The position numbers and the translations under genes were made by a program. The notes beneath the pieces were generated by a model. That model did no database searches. It saw only the letters and a program-made list of their open reading frames with translations, and had not been told where the DNA came from. Shown in pieces: positions 1 to 10,349 of a DNA stretch of 64,000 bases (position 1 is the first letter of the stretch; each line of letters starts with the position of its first letter). The DNA is from a bacterium (GTDB lineage: Bacteria > Cyanobacteriota > Vampirovibrionia > Vampirovibrionales > Vampirovibrionaceae): the NCBI GenBank assembly GCA_030429585.1, contig JAUIEU010000001.1, positions 554,316-618,315 of the forward strand. Direction: 5' to 3'.

Positions 1-441
1 CGGGGTAAACCCAAGCTGGAGTGGTTCATAGGTAGTGTCAATGCCGCTAATGCTAACCCCATGTATGGTTTGGCAGGCGGCAATAGCGTTTAAAGTTAAG
101 GTTCTGGCATCTGATGGAATACCAGCATCGAGTACGACCCCAATAGGCTGATGAGACATGGCCCGTAGGGCCCATTGGCTGGTGAGCATGGCATCTAGGG
201 TGGCACCTTCTGTATAGTACACGTTGCTGGGCAGGTGTTGCAGTACGGCGGCATTGGCCACGTTAGGGTGGGTTACCAGCCGGTCGCAGGTTTTGGCTAG
301 TAAATTCATGGCCATGCTGGCATCGCCGGCAAAGCCACCAATGCTAGCGCCAACACCAGTGGGCACCACCATGCAGGCGGTAAAGGGGGTGTTTAAATCG
401 TGGGGGGCACCAATCACCGGTGCCATAGCAGCCATGGCCAT
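1..441 (-). CDS. DUF3326 domain protein (partial, runs off the window start)
   Basis: Not in the ORF track. Manual translation from ATG at 441 gives MAMAAMAPVIG...ACMVVPTGVGASIGGFAGDA...LVTHPNVANAA...YYTEGATLD, matching the DUF3326 signature (PTG-G--IGG-AGDA; HPNV-N). Confidence 0.85.
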   Translation of the reverse strand, partial: MAMAAMAPVIGAPHDLNTPFTACMVVPTGVGASIGGFAGDASMAMNLLAKTCDRLVTHPNVANAAVLQHLPSNVYYTEGATLDAMLTSQWALRAMSHQPIGVVLDAGIPSDARTLTLNAIAACQTIHGVSISGIDTTYEPLQLGFTP

Positions 442-458
442 AAGGGGGAACGACTCGG

Positions 459-1070
459 TTATTGGGTGGGGGTGGCCGGTACGGTTTGATCTTCTGGCAA
501 AATGGCCACGTAGGGTAGGTTGCGGTACAGGCCAGCGTAATCTAGGCCGTAGCCCACTAAAAACTCGTTCGCCACTTCAAAGCCGACAAAATCCACCGGG
601 AATTTAGGAATTTCTTCGCTGCGGGCTTCCTTTTTATCCAGCAGTACCGCTAGCCGCAGGGTACGGATTTTGTGTAGTGATTTTAGGTAGTGCATAAAAA
701 AGTGAAGGGTGAGGCCGGTATCAATAATATCTTCTACAATCAGCACGTTCTTATCGTTTAAATCAGGCAAGGTTAGGTCTACTGGTTTTACCTCACCAGT
801 GCTTTTGGTACCCGCGCCATAGCTGGCCAGGCGCACAAACTCAATCTGGCAGGGCATATCTAAATGCCGAACCAAATCGCTAGTAAACATAAACGACCCT
901 TTTAAAATGGAAATAATCACCAAGCGATCCACACCGGCATAGCGCTTGTTAATATCGGCTGCCATGGCCTGTATGCGCTCTTGTAGCTGGCCTTCCGTAA
1001 AATAGGGTTCTAGCGTATCAATATTGTACAGTTTGGCGGGGTCGGTATCGGTAATGGCAGTCATTGTCAT
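459..1070 (-). CDS. hpt: hypoxanthine phosphoribosyltransferase
   Basis: ILKGSFMF, VLIVEDIIDTGLT PRPP-binding motif, FLVGYGLDY..YRNLPY; lies directly downstream of tilS. Confidence 0.95.
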   Translation of the reverse strand: MTMTAITDTDPAKLYNIDTLEPYFTEGQLQERIQAMAADINKRYAGVDRLVIISILKGSFMFTSDLVRHLDMPCQIEFVRLASYGAGTKSTGEVKPVDLTLPDLNDKNVLIVEDIIDTGLTLHFFMHYLKSLHKIRTLRLAVLLDKKEARSEEIPKFPVDFVGFEVANEFLVGYGLDYAGLYRNLPYVAILPEDQTVPATPTQ

Positions 1071-1132
1071 TGGGTGGGTTCCTACATTTTAGAAGGGGAT
1101 AAAAAAGAGAAGGTTGATGAGGGCAGGCAGGC

Positions 1133-3076
1133 CTACGGGTTGGCGGGCGGGTTAGGGATTTCGTGGGCTTCTAAGGTGCGCCAGGTTAGCCGGTGGGTGG
1201 GGCGTTTTTCAATGCGGAATAATTCGCTAAAGCCAATGCCAACCGCCCATAACACATCGCTACCGGTGGTTAGTAGCGGTATGGTGCCACGGCGTTCTTG
1301 GGGTAGGCCGCGGTTAATAAAGTAATTTTTTAGGCGCATGGCGTTCATCATGCCTAAGGGGTGGATACGGTCGCCGCTGCGGCGGGTACGAATACTCAGG
1401 GTATCGTTGATGAGCAGCTTAAGGTTGGCGTAAATGGTGGTTTCCGTTGGGTTGGGTAAGGGCTCCGGGATAACTTCATCGGGCCCAAGTCGGGTAATTT
1501 CCAGTTCAGCCCCATAATCGGGTAGGGCAATATACTGGGTACGAGACTGATGCAGTGCGGGGGTGGCAATTAGCTTGCCCGGCGAATCCGTGTCGGACGC
1601 GTCGTCGTCGGCCTCTTTATCCGTATTATCGTCGTCATCGCTATCGTCGTCAGTGGGCGCTTCTTCTGTGTTGTCGCTATTGTCAGCTAGCTCTGGGTCG
1701 ATATCATCGCCGTCGTCATCGTCGTTTAAATCGCCAAGGTCGTCTAAGTCCAGTTCGCCATCGGTATCAACGTCTAGGTCGGTGTTGGTGGCATCACTGT
1801 CGTCGTCATCATCAGTATCACTAACCAGGGATTCGTTGCGGATGGCGTCGGTATCGGTTTTATCGTCGTCATCACTGGCGGCGGCGGGGCCTACCCCTGC
1901 CCAGGTGGGGAATAACTGAGGCAGCCGAAAGGCGACGGGTGCGGGTTGGTTGTCCGTGGTTTCGGTTGCATTGCCAGCGCTGTCCATGTGGGCCTCATTG
2001 GCCACCACGCGCAAGGTGTGCTGGTTAATGGCTAAATGCCAATGGCTATCCGCCGATCCATCTGGGGATTCAATGGACAGGCGTTGGGCGGTGGCCTGGG
2101 TGGGGTCGCTTCCTTCAACAAAGGCCAGCACTCGGTCGATGGCATCGTAGTTAATGGGCAATTGGTAGTGCTGTAAAAACCGAATAAGCAGGGTTTTTTT
2201 AAGGGGTTTGGCCAATTGGTTTAGGGTAATTAGGTTGAGTTGTTGGCCATCAAACAGCCCGTGCCAGTAGGGGGTAATCAGGGCTTCCAGCATGTCTTGC
2301 TCTTCGCTGGCTAAGGTGGCTAAGCGGCTTAAGGCCTGGCGCGTGTTGGGAAAACTTTTTTCCAGGTAAGGGATAACTTCTTTGCGGAGGGCATTGCGAA
2401 TGTGGCGGGTATCGTTGTTGGTTTCGTCGTCATGCCAGCGTAGTTGGTTGCTTTCGGCATAGGCCAGCAGTTCATCCTTAGTAAGGCTTAACCAAGGGCG
2501 AAGCACAGGGACCTGGCTGTCATCTAGCAGGCGCTGGGCAGGGATACCGCTCAGCCCTTGCACACCCGTACCGCGTAGTACCCGCATCAGCAGGGTTTCA
2601 ATTTGGTCGTCTCCATGGTGGGCGGTGAGTATGGCGTGGGCGTCCATATGGTTTGCAATGGCTTCTAGGGCGCTATAACGGGCTTGCCGGGCCACTGTTT
2701 CTGTTTTAGCCAAGGTGCGGGGCACCAGTGATGTCATTACCGGGACCTGCCACTGTTGGCATTGTTGCCAAATAGGGTCTAACTCGGGCAAGGGGGCAGG
2801 GCGCCAGCCGTGGTCGATACCGGCGGCAAACACATGCAGGTTGGGGTGGTTTTTCCGCAGTTTTTGGGTGGCGAATAACAGGGCCATGCTGTCAATACCG
2901 CCACTAACGGCCACCAATACCCGTGCCGGGCGCGCACTGTGGAGTAATCCAGCGTTACCAAGGGCCTGTTCTATTGCGGCGGAAGGGCTAACCGACGGGC
3001 TAGGAGCCGTGACAGCACGGCCTGCTGTTTTCTTAGTGGCTTTGGCTTTGGTGGTTTTTGGCTTGGCGGGCGGCAT
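1133..3076 (-). CDS. tilS: tRNA(Ile)-lysidine synthase with a long acidic insertion
   Basis: AVSGGIDSMAL PP-loop, TAHHGDDQIETLLMRVLRGTG, RNALR, and a C-terminal TilS_C-like RTRRSGDRI..LKNYF..R.TIPLL region. Confidence 0.93.
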   Translation of the reverse strand: MPPAKPKTTKAKATKKTAGRAVTAPSPSVSPSAAIEQALGNAGLLHSARPARVLVAVSGGIDSMALLFATQKLRKNHPNLHVFAAGIDHGWRPAPLPELDPIWQQCQQWQVPVMTSLVPRTLAKTETVARQARYSALEAIANHMDAHAILTAHHGDDQIETLLMRVLRGTGVQGLSGIPAQRLLDDSQVPVLRPWLSLTKDELLAYAESNQLRWHDDETNNDTRHIRNALRKEVIPYLEKSFPNTRQALSRLATLASEEQDMLEALITPYWHGLFDGQQLNLITLNQLAKPLKKTLLIRFLQHYQLPINYDAIDRVLAFVEGSDPTQATAQRLSIESPDGSADSHWHLAINQHTLRVVANEAHMDSAGNATETTDNQPAPVAFRLPQLFPTWAGVGPAAASDDDDKTDTDAIRNESLVSDTDDDDDSDATNTDLDVDTDGELDLDDLGDLNDDDDGDDIDPELADNSDNTEEAPTDDDSDDDDNTDKEADDDASDTDSPGKLIATPALHQSRTQYIALPDYGAELEITRLGPDEVIPEPLPNPTETTIYANLKLLINDTLSIRTRRSGDRIHPLGMMNAMRLKNYFINRGLPQERRGTIPLLTTGSDVLWAVGIGFSELFRIEKRPTHRLTWRTLEAHEIPNPPANP

Positions 3077-3308
3077 GTATACGGTGGCTTTCGCTAAAAC
3101 AAGGGTGTTTATTATTGTAGCCCAAACAGACGGCGGGATAACGACAAACCCGTCATGGGAACCTCACCCCCAGACGGCGTCTATAGCTGTGCTGGGTAAC
3201 GTAACAGAATGTTTCATAGGCCGTTGTGCCAGTGATACAATGCCAGCGGTCTATAACACTATTTTTTATCGTCTCCGTTCTACTGTTTTAAATAAGGTGC
3301 TTTGCCCT

Positions 3309-4544
3309 ATGTTCTCTTTTTTAACCCGTCATGGAATCGCCCTGGTGGCCCTATTAGTAGCCATAGGTGCATGGGCGGTATCGCCAACCACTACCCCTGT
3401 ATCGGCCTTGTTAAACGGAACGCCGGGCCCCAGTAACCCGGCACAGGTGCAGCTGGCGGCCAATGCACCGCGGCCAGGCTTGGCTCAGCTATTTGGTAAT
3501 AACCCCACCATTATTGCGGATGTGGCGGAAAAAGTGGCCAACGGGGTGGTGAATATTGATGTGTCTCGCACGGAGCGGGTGCAATCGTACCTGCCGGGTA
3601 TGTCGCCCTTTAGTGATGAGATGTTTAAGCGGTTTTTCGGCTTTGGAGGCCCCAATAGCCCTGGCCAGGGCGAGCGTGTGGTTACGGGTAATGGTAGTGG
3701 CGCCATTATTGATGCCGCCGGTTATATTATGACCAATAACCACGTGGTGCATGGCGCTGATGAAGTGCAAGTAACCCTGAATGACGGGCGCAAGTATCCC
3801 GCCAAAGTGATTGGTACCGACCCCTACACCGACTTGGCGGTGGTGAAAATCGATGCGCCCAATCTTCAGACGGTGCCCTTTGGCGATAGCGATGTGCTGC
3901 GCCCTGGCGAATTTGTGTTGGCCATTGGCAGCCCCCTAGGCTTTGACCATACTGTGACCCTGGGCATTGTGAGTGCCAGTTCGCGCCGGGTGCCGGATAT
4001 TAATATGAATATGGAGTTTATCCAGACGGATGCGGCCATTAACCCAGGCAATAGCGGTGGGCCGCTAGTAAACCTGAATGGCCAAATTGTGGGCATTAAC
4101 ACCGCCATTAGTGGCCGTGCCCAAAATATTGGGTTTGCCATACCCGCCAACGTGGTTAAAACCGTCAGCGAATCCCTGATTGAAAAAGGCACCATTCAGC
4201 GCCCCTATATTGGTATTGCCATGACGCCTTTAAACCCAGAACTAGCCAAATCCATGGGCTTAAACGAGCGTACAGAAGGCATTGTGGTGGCCCAAGTTAT
4301 CCCAGACAGCCCGGCCGACCGTGCAGGGTTTGTGTTGGGTGATGTGATTCAGCGGATGAATGGCGACAAAGTTAATAATGCCAAGGATGTGCAAAAGCAG
4401 ATTCAATCCATGGTGATTGGAGCCGAGGTTAATTTCCAAATCCTGAGAGATAACCGACTGCTGGCCTTAAGCTTAAAAAGCGAAGAGCTGCCTAAGCAAC
4501 CTGCCGGGGGGCCTCGCTCTTTGCCGCACCCTCGCCACCGGTAG
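3309..4544 (+). CDS. HtrA/DegP-family serine protease with a single PDZ domain
   Basis: GSGAII, TNNHVV, DLAVVK, IQTDAAINPGNSGGPL, then a PDZ domain. The true start is probably ATG 3309 (MFSFLTRHG, signal/TM segment), not 2715. Confidence 0.93.
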   Translation: MFSFLTRHGIALVALLVAIGAWAVSPTTTPVSALLNGTPGPSNPAQVQLAANAPRPGLAQLFGNNPTIIADVAEKVANGVVNIDVSRTERVQSYLPGMSPFSDEMFKRFFGFGGPNSPGQGERVVTGNGSGAIIDAAGYIMTNNHVVHGADEVQVTLNDGRKYPAKVIGTDPYTDLAVVKIDAPNLQTVPFGDSDVLRPGEFVLAIGSPLGFDHTVTLGIVSASSRRVPDINMNMEFIQTDAAINPGNSGGPLVNLNGQIVGINTAISGRAQNIGFAIPANVVKTVSESLIEKGTIQRPYIGIAMTPLNPELAKSMGLNERTEGIVVAQVIPDSPADRAGFVLGDVIQRMNGDKVNNAKDVQKQIQSMVIGAEVNFQILRDNRLLALSLKSEELPKQPAGGPRSLPHPRHR

Positions 4545-4681
4545 TGTCGTGCTTTTTTGTAACAGCCGGGCGGCACCACTGCACTTGTGTGTGTCGCCCA
4601 CGGTTGGCTTTGCTACACTTTTTTCCTGTTTTCGCTACACTAGTGCTGTCTTTACCCCACTATTATTAAAGGATTGTGATT

Positions 4682-5017
4682 ATGACCACTGCCACCACCG
4701 ATGCCATCCGCGAAGAAATTCAGCGCGAAGTAAGTGAACATAAAATTTTGGTGTACTCCAAGGGCACCAAAGATGAGCCTCGTTGTGGTTTTTCCATGGC
4801 CACCAAAGCCTTTTTTGAAAAATTTGGCTATCCCTTTGAATTTATCGACGTGTTGGAAAACCATGATAAACGCCAAGTACTTAGCGAAATGACGGAATGG
4901 CCCACCTTGCCAAAAGTATTTATTGGCGGCGAATTTTACGGCGATGGCGATATTTTAATGCCCATGGCCGACAAGGGCGAACTACAAGCCCTGCTTAAAA
5001 AAACCTTTGGCGAATAA
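4682..5017 (+). CDS. grxD: monothiol glutaredoxin (CGFS)
   Basis: KGT..PRCGFS and WPTLPKVFIGGEFYG motifs; AAGGA RBS upstream. Confidence 0.93.
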   Translation: MTTATTDAIREEIQREVSEHKILVYSKGTKDEPRCGFSMATKAFFEKFGYPFEFIDVLENHDKRQVLSEMTEWPTLPKVFIGGEFYGDGDILMPMADKGELQALLKKTFGE

Positions 5018-5170
5018 ATCTTTCCGCATCCAGCACTTTAACTTGAATTTTCGTCGTTAAATCTGTACTCACGCAGTCACGTATTGTTATACGCTCCTTT
5101 GCTCCGTTCAGATTTGCCTTGAAACGTCGGCGTTCTAGCACAGGATGCAAAAAGATTCTGGAAACCGCTT

Positions 5171-6913
5171 ATGATGAATTTGTCTTCAACACAGCGTCTC
5201 GATTTGTATCGAGCCGGGGAAGTGGCGCTGGTTTACCCGAATGCGCTCTACCAGTTGTGGCAGATCACAGGCCCAGATGCGGCCTCTTTTCTGCAAAACC
5301 GCACCAGTAACGATGTGGCTTTATTGGAAGACGGCTGTGGCCATTTAAACGCTGTATTAGATAAAAAGGCCAAGTTAGAAGGCCTGTTGCTGTTGGGCAA
5401 GGCCCCGCAGCAAACGGATGGGTTTTGGGCAATGGTGGATAATACCATTGCAGAGAGTACCCACACCGCCCTGTTTCAATTTAAGTTAATGAACGATTTT
5501 TCCGTCGATGTCGTGTCTCGCCAACAATGTGTTGGACTCCATGGGCCCCAGGCCTTAGCATTGCTAGCGACTGCCATGGGTGTGGCCCAAACCACCCTAA
5601 CCACGGAACCTTATGGCCTACTGGCTTTATCTACCCAACTGTTTGGCGATGTACTTATTTGGGCCCAACCGCTTACGGGCCAACCTGGCGTGTGGGTATG
5701 GGGCCAACACGAGGCGATAACGGCCTTGCAAGGTGTGCTAATGGATAGCGACGAAGTGGCCACGGTGGATACAAAGCAGATGTCCGTGTTGGCGCTGGAG
5801 GCTGGCTTACCCCTGGTGGGCGACGATGTGGGCTTGGGCCGATTATTGCCAGAAACCGGCCTGGAGCAAGTGGCTGCCAGCACCACCAAAGGTTGCTACC
5901 TAGGGCAGGAAACCATTGCTCGTGTGGCGACCTATGGGGCTGTACAGCAGGCGCTAGTGTTACTTGCTGCCCCAACGCTGCCTAGCCACACCACGCCTGC
6001 GGATTGCGCTGGCCAACCTATCCACGCCACCGGTGTGGATAAACCTGTGGGGATGGCTAATCGCTGGGTGTTTTCGCCAGTGTTGGGCCAATGGTGTATT
6101 TCCGCCTACATGGATAAAGATAGCCGATTGCCGGGTAAGGTAATAGACGTTACCGTCGGTGATGGTGCAGTATTTTCCGTTACAGTGCACCTGTTGCCGC
6201 TGGTCCAGCCGCCATCGGTGGAAGATATGCTTCATGATGGGTTGCGGGCCTATGCCAACAATAATGATGCTGAGGCCCTGACCTTGTTGCGCCAGGCTTT
6301 AGGCTTAGCCCCGAAACACCCAGATGTATTGGAAGCTTTGGGCGCGGTGCTTAGCCGCCAAGGCCAATACGCTGAGGCCATTACCTTAATGGAATCGCTT
6401 ATAAATATTGAACCTGACCGTGTGATGGCTTATACCAATTTATCCGTATGCCATATGGAGCTGGGGGATAAAGAGGCGGCAGAAGACGCCAAGGCCCAGG
6501 CCACGGTGGTGGCTATGCGGGCCCAAATGCAAAAAGGCATGCAACAAAAGGCCAATGCGGCCGAAGAAGCCGCCAAGCAGGAAGCCCAACGCAAGCAGCT
6601 AGAAGACCGGGTGCAGATGTTCCACGACGCCTTGGCCCACAGCCCCGACGATGCGTTGGGTAACTTTGGGTTAGGCAGCACCTTGCTAGAGCTAGGCCGT
6701 TACACAGAGGCTGCTGACGCGTTAAAAAAGACGGTGGACTTGCCGACAAGCCAATCGGCGGCGTACTTAAAGTTAGGCCAAGCCTATGAAGGGGCCCAAC
6801 AACTGGAAGCGGCAAAAGCTATTTATGATGCTGGTATTCAGGTTGCCTCGCGTCGGCGGGATTTACAACCCTTAAAAGAGCTGGAACAACGGCGCCAGCA
6901 ATTGGCCAACTAA
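5171..6913 (+). CDS. YgfZ/GcvT-family folate-binding protein fused to TPR repeats
   Basis: ITGPDAASFLQN, KGCYLGQE (YgfZ motif); the C-terminal ~230 aa is TPR-like helical repeats. Confidence 0.88.
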   Translation: MMNLSSTQRLDLYRAGEVALVYPNALYQLWQITGPDAASFLQNRTSNDVALLEDGCGHLNAVLDKKAKLEGLLLLGKAPQQTDGFWAMVDNTIAESTHTALFQFKLMNDFSVDVVSRQQCVGLHGPQALALLATAMGVAQTTLTTEPYGLLALSTQLFGDVLIWAQPLTGQPGVWVWGQHEAITALQGVLMDSDEVATVDTKQMSVLALEAGLPLVGDDVGLGRLLPETGLEQVAASTTKGCYLGQETIARVATYGAVQQALVLLAAPTLPSHTTPADCAGQPIHATGVDKPVGMANRWVFSPVLGQWCISAYMDKDSRLPGKVIDVTVGDGAVFSVTVHLLPLVQPPSVEDMLHDGLRAYANNNDAEALTLLRQALGLAPKHPDVLEALGAVLSRQGQYAEAITLMESLINIEPDRVMAYTNLSVCHMELGDKEAAEDAKAQATVVAMRAQMQKGMQQKANAAEEAAKQEAQRKQLEDRVQMFHDALAHSPDDALGNFGLGSTLLELGRYTEAADALKKTVDLPTSQSAAYLKLGQAYEGAQQLEAAKAIYDAGIQVASRRRDLQPLKELEQRRQQLAN

Positions 6914-6923
6914 GCGCCTGCAA

Positions 6924-8093
6924 CTAGGCACCTGCACCTAGGCGATACTTTAACCACTCGCCAAAAACAAAAGGTTTGGCAGGGTGGGTATGGCGGTTAG
7001 GCCACTGGCTTAGCAAAGAGTTGACCGCATTATCCCAGCTGTAGTGGTTGGCAATGGCCAGGCATTCTGCCGGGGTTAGCTGTTGTTGGCCACGGGCTTG
7101 TAACATGGCCACTGCCCGCTGCTGAAAATCATCATCATCCTGGGCAAGTTGGCCAACAGTACCGGCATTGGCCAGCACATCGTGGGGGCCGGTTACATCA
7201 AAGGCCAGCACCGGGGTGCCGCAAGCCAAGGCCTCTAACATTACCAGGCCAAAGGTATCCGTTTTGCTAGGGAATACCATTAAATCGGCGGCGCCGTAGT
7301 ACTGCCGTAAGGCATCGCCTTGTTGCAGGCCCGCAAATACCACGTTGGGGTGTTTTTCTTTTAATTCATCCAGGTAGGGGCCGGTGCCCACCACAATTTT
7401 AGTGCCGGGTATTTCCAGCGCCATAAAGGCATCCAGGTTTTTTTCTTGGCTAACACGGCCCACATACACGCTGTAGGGCTTAGGTAATTCGGCATTGGGC
7501 AGATAGGTGGTGGCGAAGGCGGCCCGTTCATCATCGGTTAGGGGGTAAAACTGGTGGGTATCCACCCCACGATTCCAGTGCATCAGGTGCTTAAACCCAA
7601 ACCCCTCTAAGTGTTGGTGCAGGCTTTCTGTGGCCACTAGGGTGCCACTCGCAGGCCGGTGGAACCATCGCAAATACCGGTAGCCCATGGGCCGGGGCGG
7701 AAAACCCACGTGGGTGACAAAATACTCGGCCCATTTGGTGGTAAACCCGGTTAAAAACGGAATCCCTTCCATCACGCAGTGGTGGCGAGCTGCTAAGCCC
7801 AGGGGGCCTTCCGTCATAATTAAAATGCGGTCGGGGTTTAGCTCTGTAATGCGTTGGCCTGCCCCGCCGGGGATGGCTAAATGCAGGTTGGGGTAAAAGG
7901 TGGGTACGGTCCAGTATTGCTCTGGGGTTATTAAACTAACCTGGTAGCCGCGTTCTTCTAACTGTTGGGCCAGGTTGCGAATAGTGGTAACCACCCCGTT
8001 TACCTGGGGGGCCCAGGCATCGGTTACAATCAGCAAATGCTCGCCAGCGGTGGGGCTAGCGGCATTGTTGTGGGGTGTGGTGGATGGAGACAC
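6924..8093 (-). CDS. GT4 glycosyltransferase
   Basis: TDAWAPQVNGVV, YVGRVSQEKN, FPSKTDTFGLVMLEALACGTPV. Confidence 0.92.
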   Translation of the reverse strand: MSPSTTPHNNAASPTAGEHLLIVTDAWAPQVNGVVTTIRNLAQQLEERGYQVSLITPEQYWTVPTFYPNLHLAIPGGAGQRITELNPDRILIMTEGPLGLAARHHCVMEGIPFLTGFTTKWAEYFVTHVGFPPRPMGYRYLRWFHRPASGTLVATESLHQHLEGFGFKHLMHWNRGVDTHQFYPLTDDERAAFATTYLPNAELPKPYSVYVGRVSQEKNLDAFMALEIPGTKIVVGTGPYLDELKEKHPNVVFAGLQQGDALRQYYGAADLMVFPSKTDTFGLVMLEALACGTPVLAFDVTGPHDVLANAGTVGQLAQDDDDFQQRAVAMLQARGQQQLTPAECLAIANHYSWDNAVNSLLSQWPNRHTHPAKPFVFGEWLKYRLGAGA

Positions 8094-8250
8094 AGGGAAT
8101 GCTATAGGGAGTGTAGAGGCAACACTGTTATTATAGGGGCGATATAACTGTATGGCGACTGTTTACCTGATGGGTTGCCACAAGGGTTTACAGAAATGTG
8201 CTGCCCGTGTCGATACGAGTGGTAACCATTTGGATACGTGAGGCCTGTTT

Positions 8251-9303
8251 GTGACATTGTTACCCCCATACCCCCGAGCGATTGCTGCAACAGCCAGCCT
8301 GTGTGCGGCGGTGTTGCTGTGGGGGCTAGGCAGCACGGTGCCAGGGCTGGCAGGTTACCCTACCCCGCCGCCACAACAAAATGTGTACGAGCGCACCGCC
8401 CACCGAGGCATTTGGGATTATAACTTTACCGATGCTAAAAGCGGCTTGTTTTGGACGATCCCAGATAGTAAAGACAGTACGGGCAAGGCCGGCACGGATA
8501 AGTACCCGCCGGACTACCCTCGCATCCATTACCCAACCGAAATGTTTGTATGGGCGACCTTTGAAGAAGTAGAGCAACTAGAGCAACGCGTCATTTTATC
8601 CGCTAAAAACGACCCTACACGAGTACCAATTAGTATTACCACCCCTATCACAGATATGTATGGGCGCCACATTCCGGTGGGGGTGTATGCGGTGGCGCTT
8701 CGTCAGGCGAACCCGAACCCACCCAGCACTATTGCAGAATTAAACCAAGGCAGTACCAGTGCGGCCATGCCCCCCCGTTACCATGCCGGTATGTACGATG
8801 ATCCGTCGCCCTCGCCGCCAGCGGTGGTGCAAGGCCAAGCATCAGCCAACCAGGTTTTTACCACAACGCGGGTGGTGTACCCACAGCATGATATAACCCG
8901 TCAGACCCAGCAGAACCCTTTCTTCCTCCATAACCCGCGGCTAGATGCTGGGGGTGGCCCTGCGGGTACCGGCGGGTACCAAGGGCAAAACGCGGCTGGG
9001 GTTACTCGTAAAGGTAAGGTTATCCCCCTGCAGGGCAACTATTTGGTTATTAAACGCCAAGGCGTGGTAAAAGGGGTGTTGCCGGTGGATTCTGTGCAGC
9101 GGTACCAACCGCAAAAAGGCCAAAAAAAGTCGAAGATGGCCTTTGCCGCCATGTCTCATAACGGGCAGCCCGGTACCCGTGTGGCCCTGTTTTATAAATC
9201 CAAGGTGTACCAGGCCACACCGTCTCAACAACAATTGCCTGTGGACTACCCAACGCGCATCATCAATAACGACACGGATAGTATCAATCATCAATGGCCT
9301 TGA
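8251..9303 (+). CDS. hypothetical exported protein
   Basis: 350-aa ORF with an N-terminal hydrophobic signal-like segment and a Pro/Gln-rich middle; no family recognised. Confidence 0.65.
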   Translation: MTLLPPYPRAIAATASLCAAVLLWGLGSTVPGLAGYPTPPPQQNVYERTAHRGIWDYNFTDAKSGLFWTIPDSKDSTGKAGTDKYPPDYPRIHYPTEMFVWATFEEVEQLEQRVILSAKNDPTRVPISITTPITDMYGRHIPVGVYAVALRQANPNPPSTIAELNQGSTSAAMPPRYHAGMYDDPSPSPPAVVQGQASANQVFTTTRVVYPQHDITRQTQQNPFFLHNPRLDAGGGPAGTGGYQGQNAAGVTRKGKVIPLQGNYLVIKRQGVVKGVLPVDSVQRYQPQKGQKKSKMAFAAMSHNGQPGTRVALFYKSKVYQATPSQQQLPVDYPTRIINNDTDSINHQWP

Positions 9304-9397
9304 TGATTGTAGGGGATGCGGACAGCCTAAACATAGGCTATACTAGTGTTACAACAACTAAACGTCTGCCAGAGAGACAGCATTCGCTTTATTTATT

Positions 9398-9814
9398 ATG
9401 ATTTTAGAAGCCTTTAGCCAGCATTTAAAAACCAAAATTGCCCCCATGACAGATGCGCATGTGGCCGCCTTGTTGGCGAGTAATCGTGGCCAGGTGCAGG
9501 CGCGCCCCCGCCGCGGGCTTGGGAGCCATGTATCCAGCCACCATAGCCGGGCAGTATTAAGGGATTGGTTAATCACCATGCTGCAAACCCCAGCAGAAAA
9601 CCTGGTTGCAGATATCCCCCTCCACGAGCGTAATGTGATGAATGTGATTCAGGCAGAACTAATGCTGGTGTATTGGCAGGGCGATGCGTCCATTGAGCCT
9701 GCTTCGGCGAGTGGGTCTCGGTTATTACGAACCCTGGAAGATTACTGCGATAGCTATGACCATTGGCAGTTTGGTCGCTTTCTTCACCAAGTCAACGCCT
9801 CCGATTTTAGCTAA
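9398..9814 (+). CDS. hypothetical protein
   Basis: 138-aa ORF filling the gap before the convergent crcB. Confidence 0.65.
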   Translation: MILEAFSQHLKTKIAPMTDAHVAALLASNRGQVQARPRRGLGSHVSSHHSRAVLRDWLITMLQTPAENLVADIPLHERNVMNVIQAELMLVYWQGDASIEPASASGSRLLRTLEDYCDSYDHWQFGRFLHQVNASDFS

Positions 9815-10217
9815 ACAACTGGCGAGATAGCTGCAAACCAGCCCAAAATAGGGTAAATCCGCTTGCAATACTGCCAAGCACATATACCAGTGCCATAAAC
9901 CACTGCTGGGTGCTGGTAAAGGCCCAAATATCGCCAGTAAAGGTGCTAAAGGTGGTTAGGGCACCCAGTAGGCCCGTCATTACCAGTAATTGCCAATGCT
10001 GGGTGGGTACCCCAAGTAGTAGCGCAGGTAAGGGGGTGGTGGATTGAATCGCCCCAAAACATAGCCCCAATAACAGGCACCCCACACCGTTGACAGCCAC
10101 AATGCCCACCCAGCCTGGCTGGCCGAGTGCCGCCGTAGCCAGCACAACGCCATAGCGGGCCATAGCGCCGAGTGCGCCGCCTAAGCCAACAGCTATCCAG
10201 TGGGTTGTAACAGTCAT
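9807..10217 (-). CDS. crcB: fluoride efflux channel Fluc/CrcB
   Basis: GGALGAMARY and TGLLGALTTFSTF motifs; four TM segments. Confidence 0.92.
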   Translation of the reverse strand: MTVTTHWIAVGLGGALGAMARYGVVLATAALGQPGWVGIVAVNGVGCLLLGLCFGAIQSTTPLPALLLGVPTQHWQLLVMTGLLGALTTFSTFTGDIWAFTSTQQWFMALVYVLGSIASGFTLFWAGLQLSRQLFS

Positions 10218-10349
10218 GGGGGGGTGGGTCCTTGTGGGTATGGCTTATGGTAACGGTAAATAGATGCTAGGGGTAGGACCGAATGGCGTTGGATTATGTT
10301 ATTGTATTGCCCACACCAACGGTAAGTGGGTTTAACAAGGATAGGATCT

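Noticed and set aside
224-607. 127-aa plus-strand ORF
   Set aside because: Antisense to the DUF3326 gene and hpt.
1555-1919. Ser-rich and Arg-rich plus-strand ORFs
   Set aside because: Antisense readings of the Asp-rich TilS insert; the same applies to 52769-53047.
2715-3308. N-terminal 198 aa of the 609-aa HtrA ORF
   Set aside because: Overlaps tilS on the opposite strand; the signal-anchor start at 3309 gives a normal HtrA.
10218-10349. Fluoride riboswitch upstream of crcB
   Set aside because: The conserved GGCGATGG...CGCC core was not found on the minus strand.
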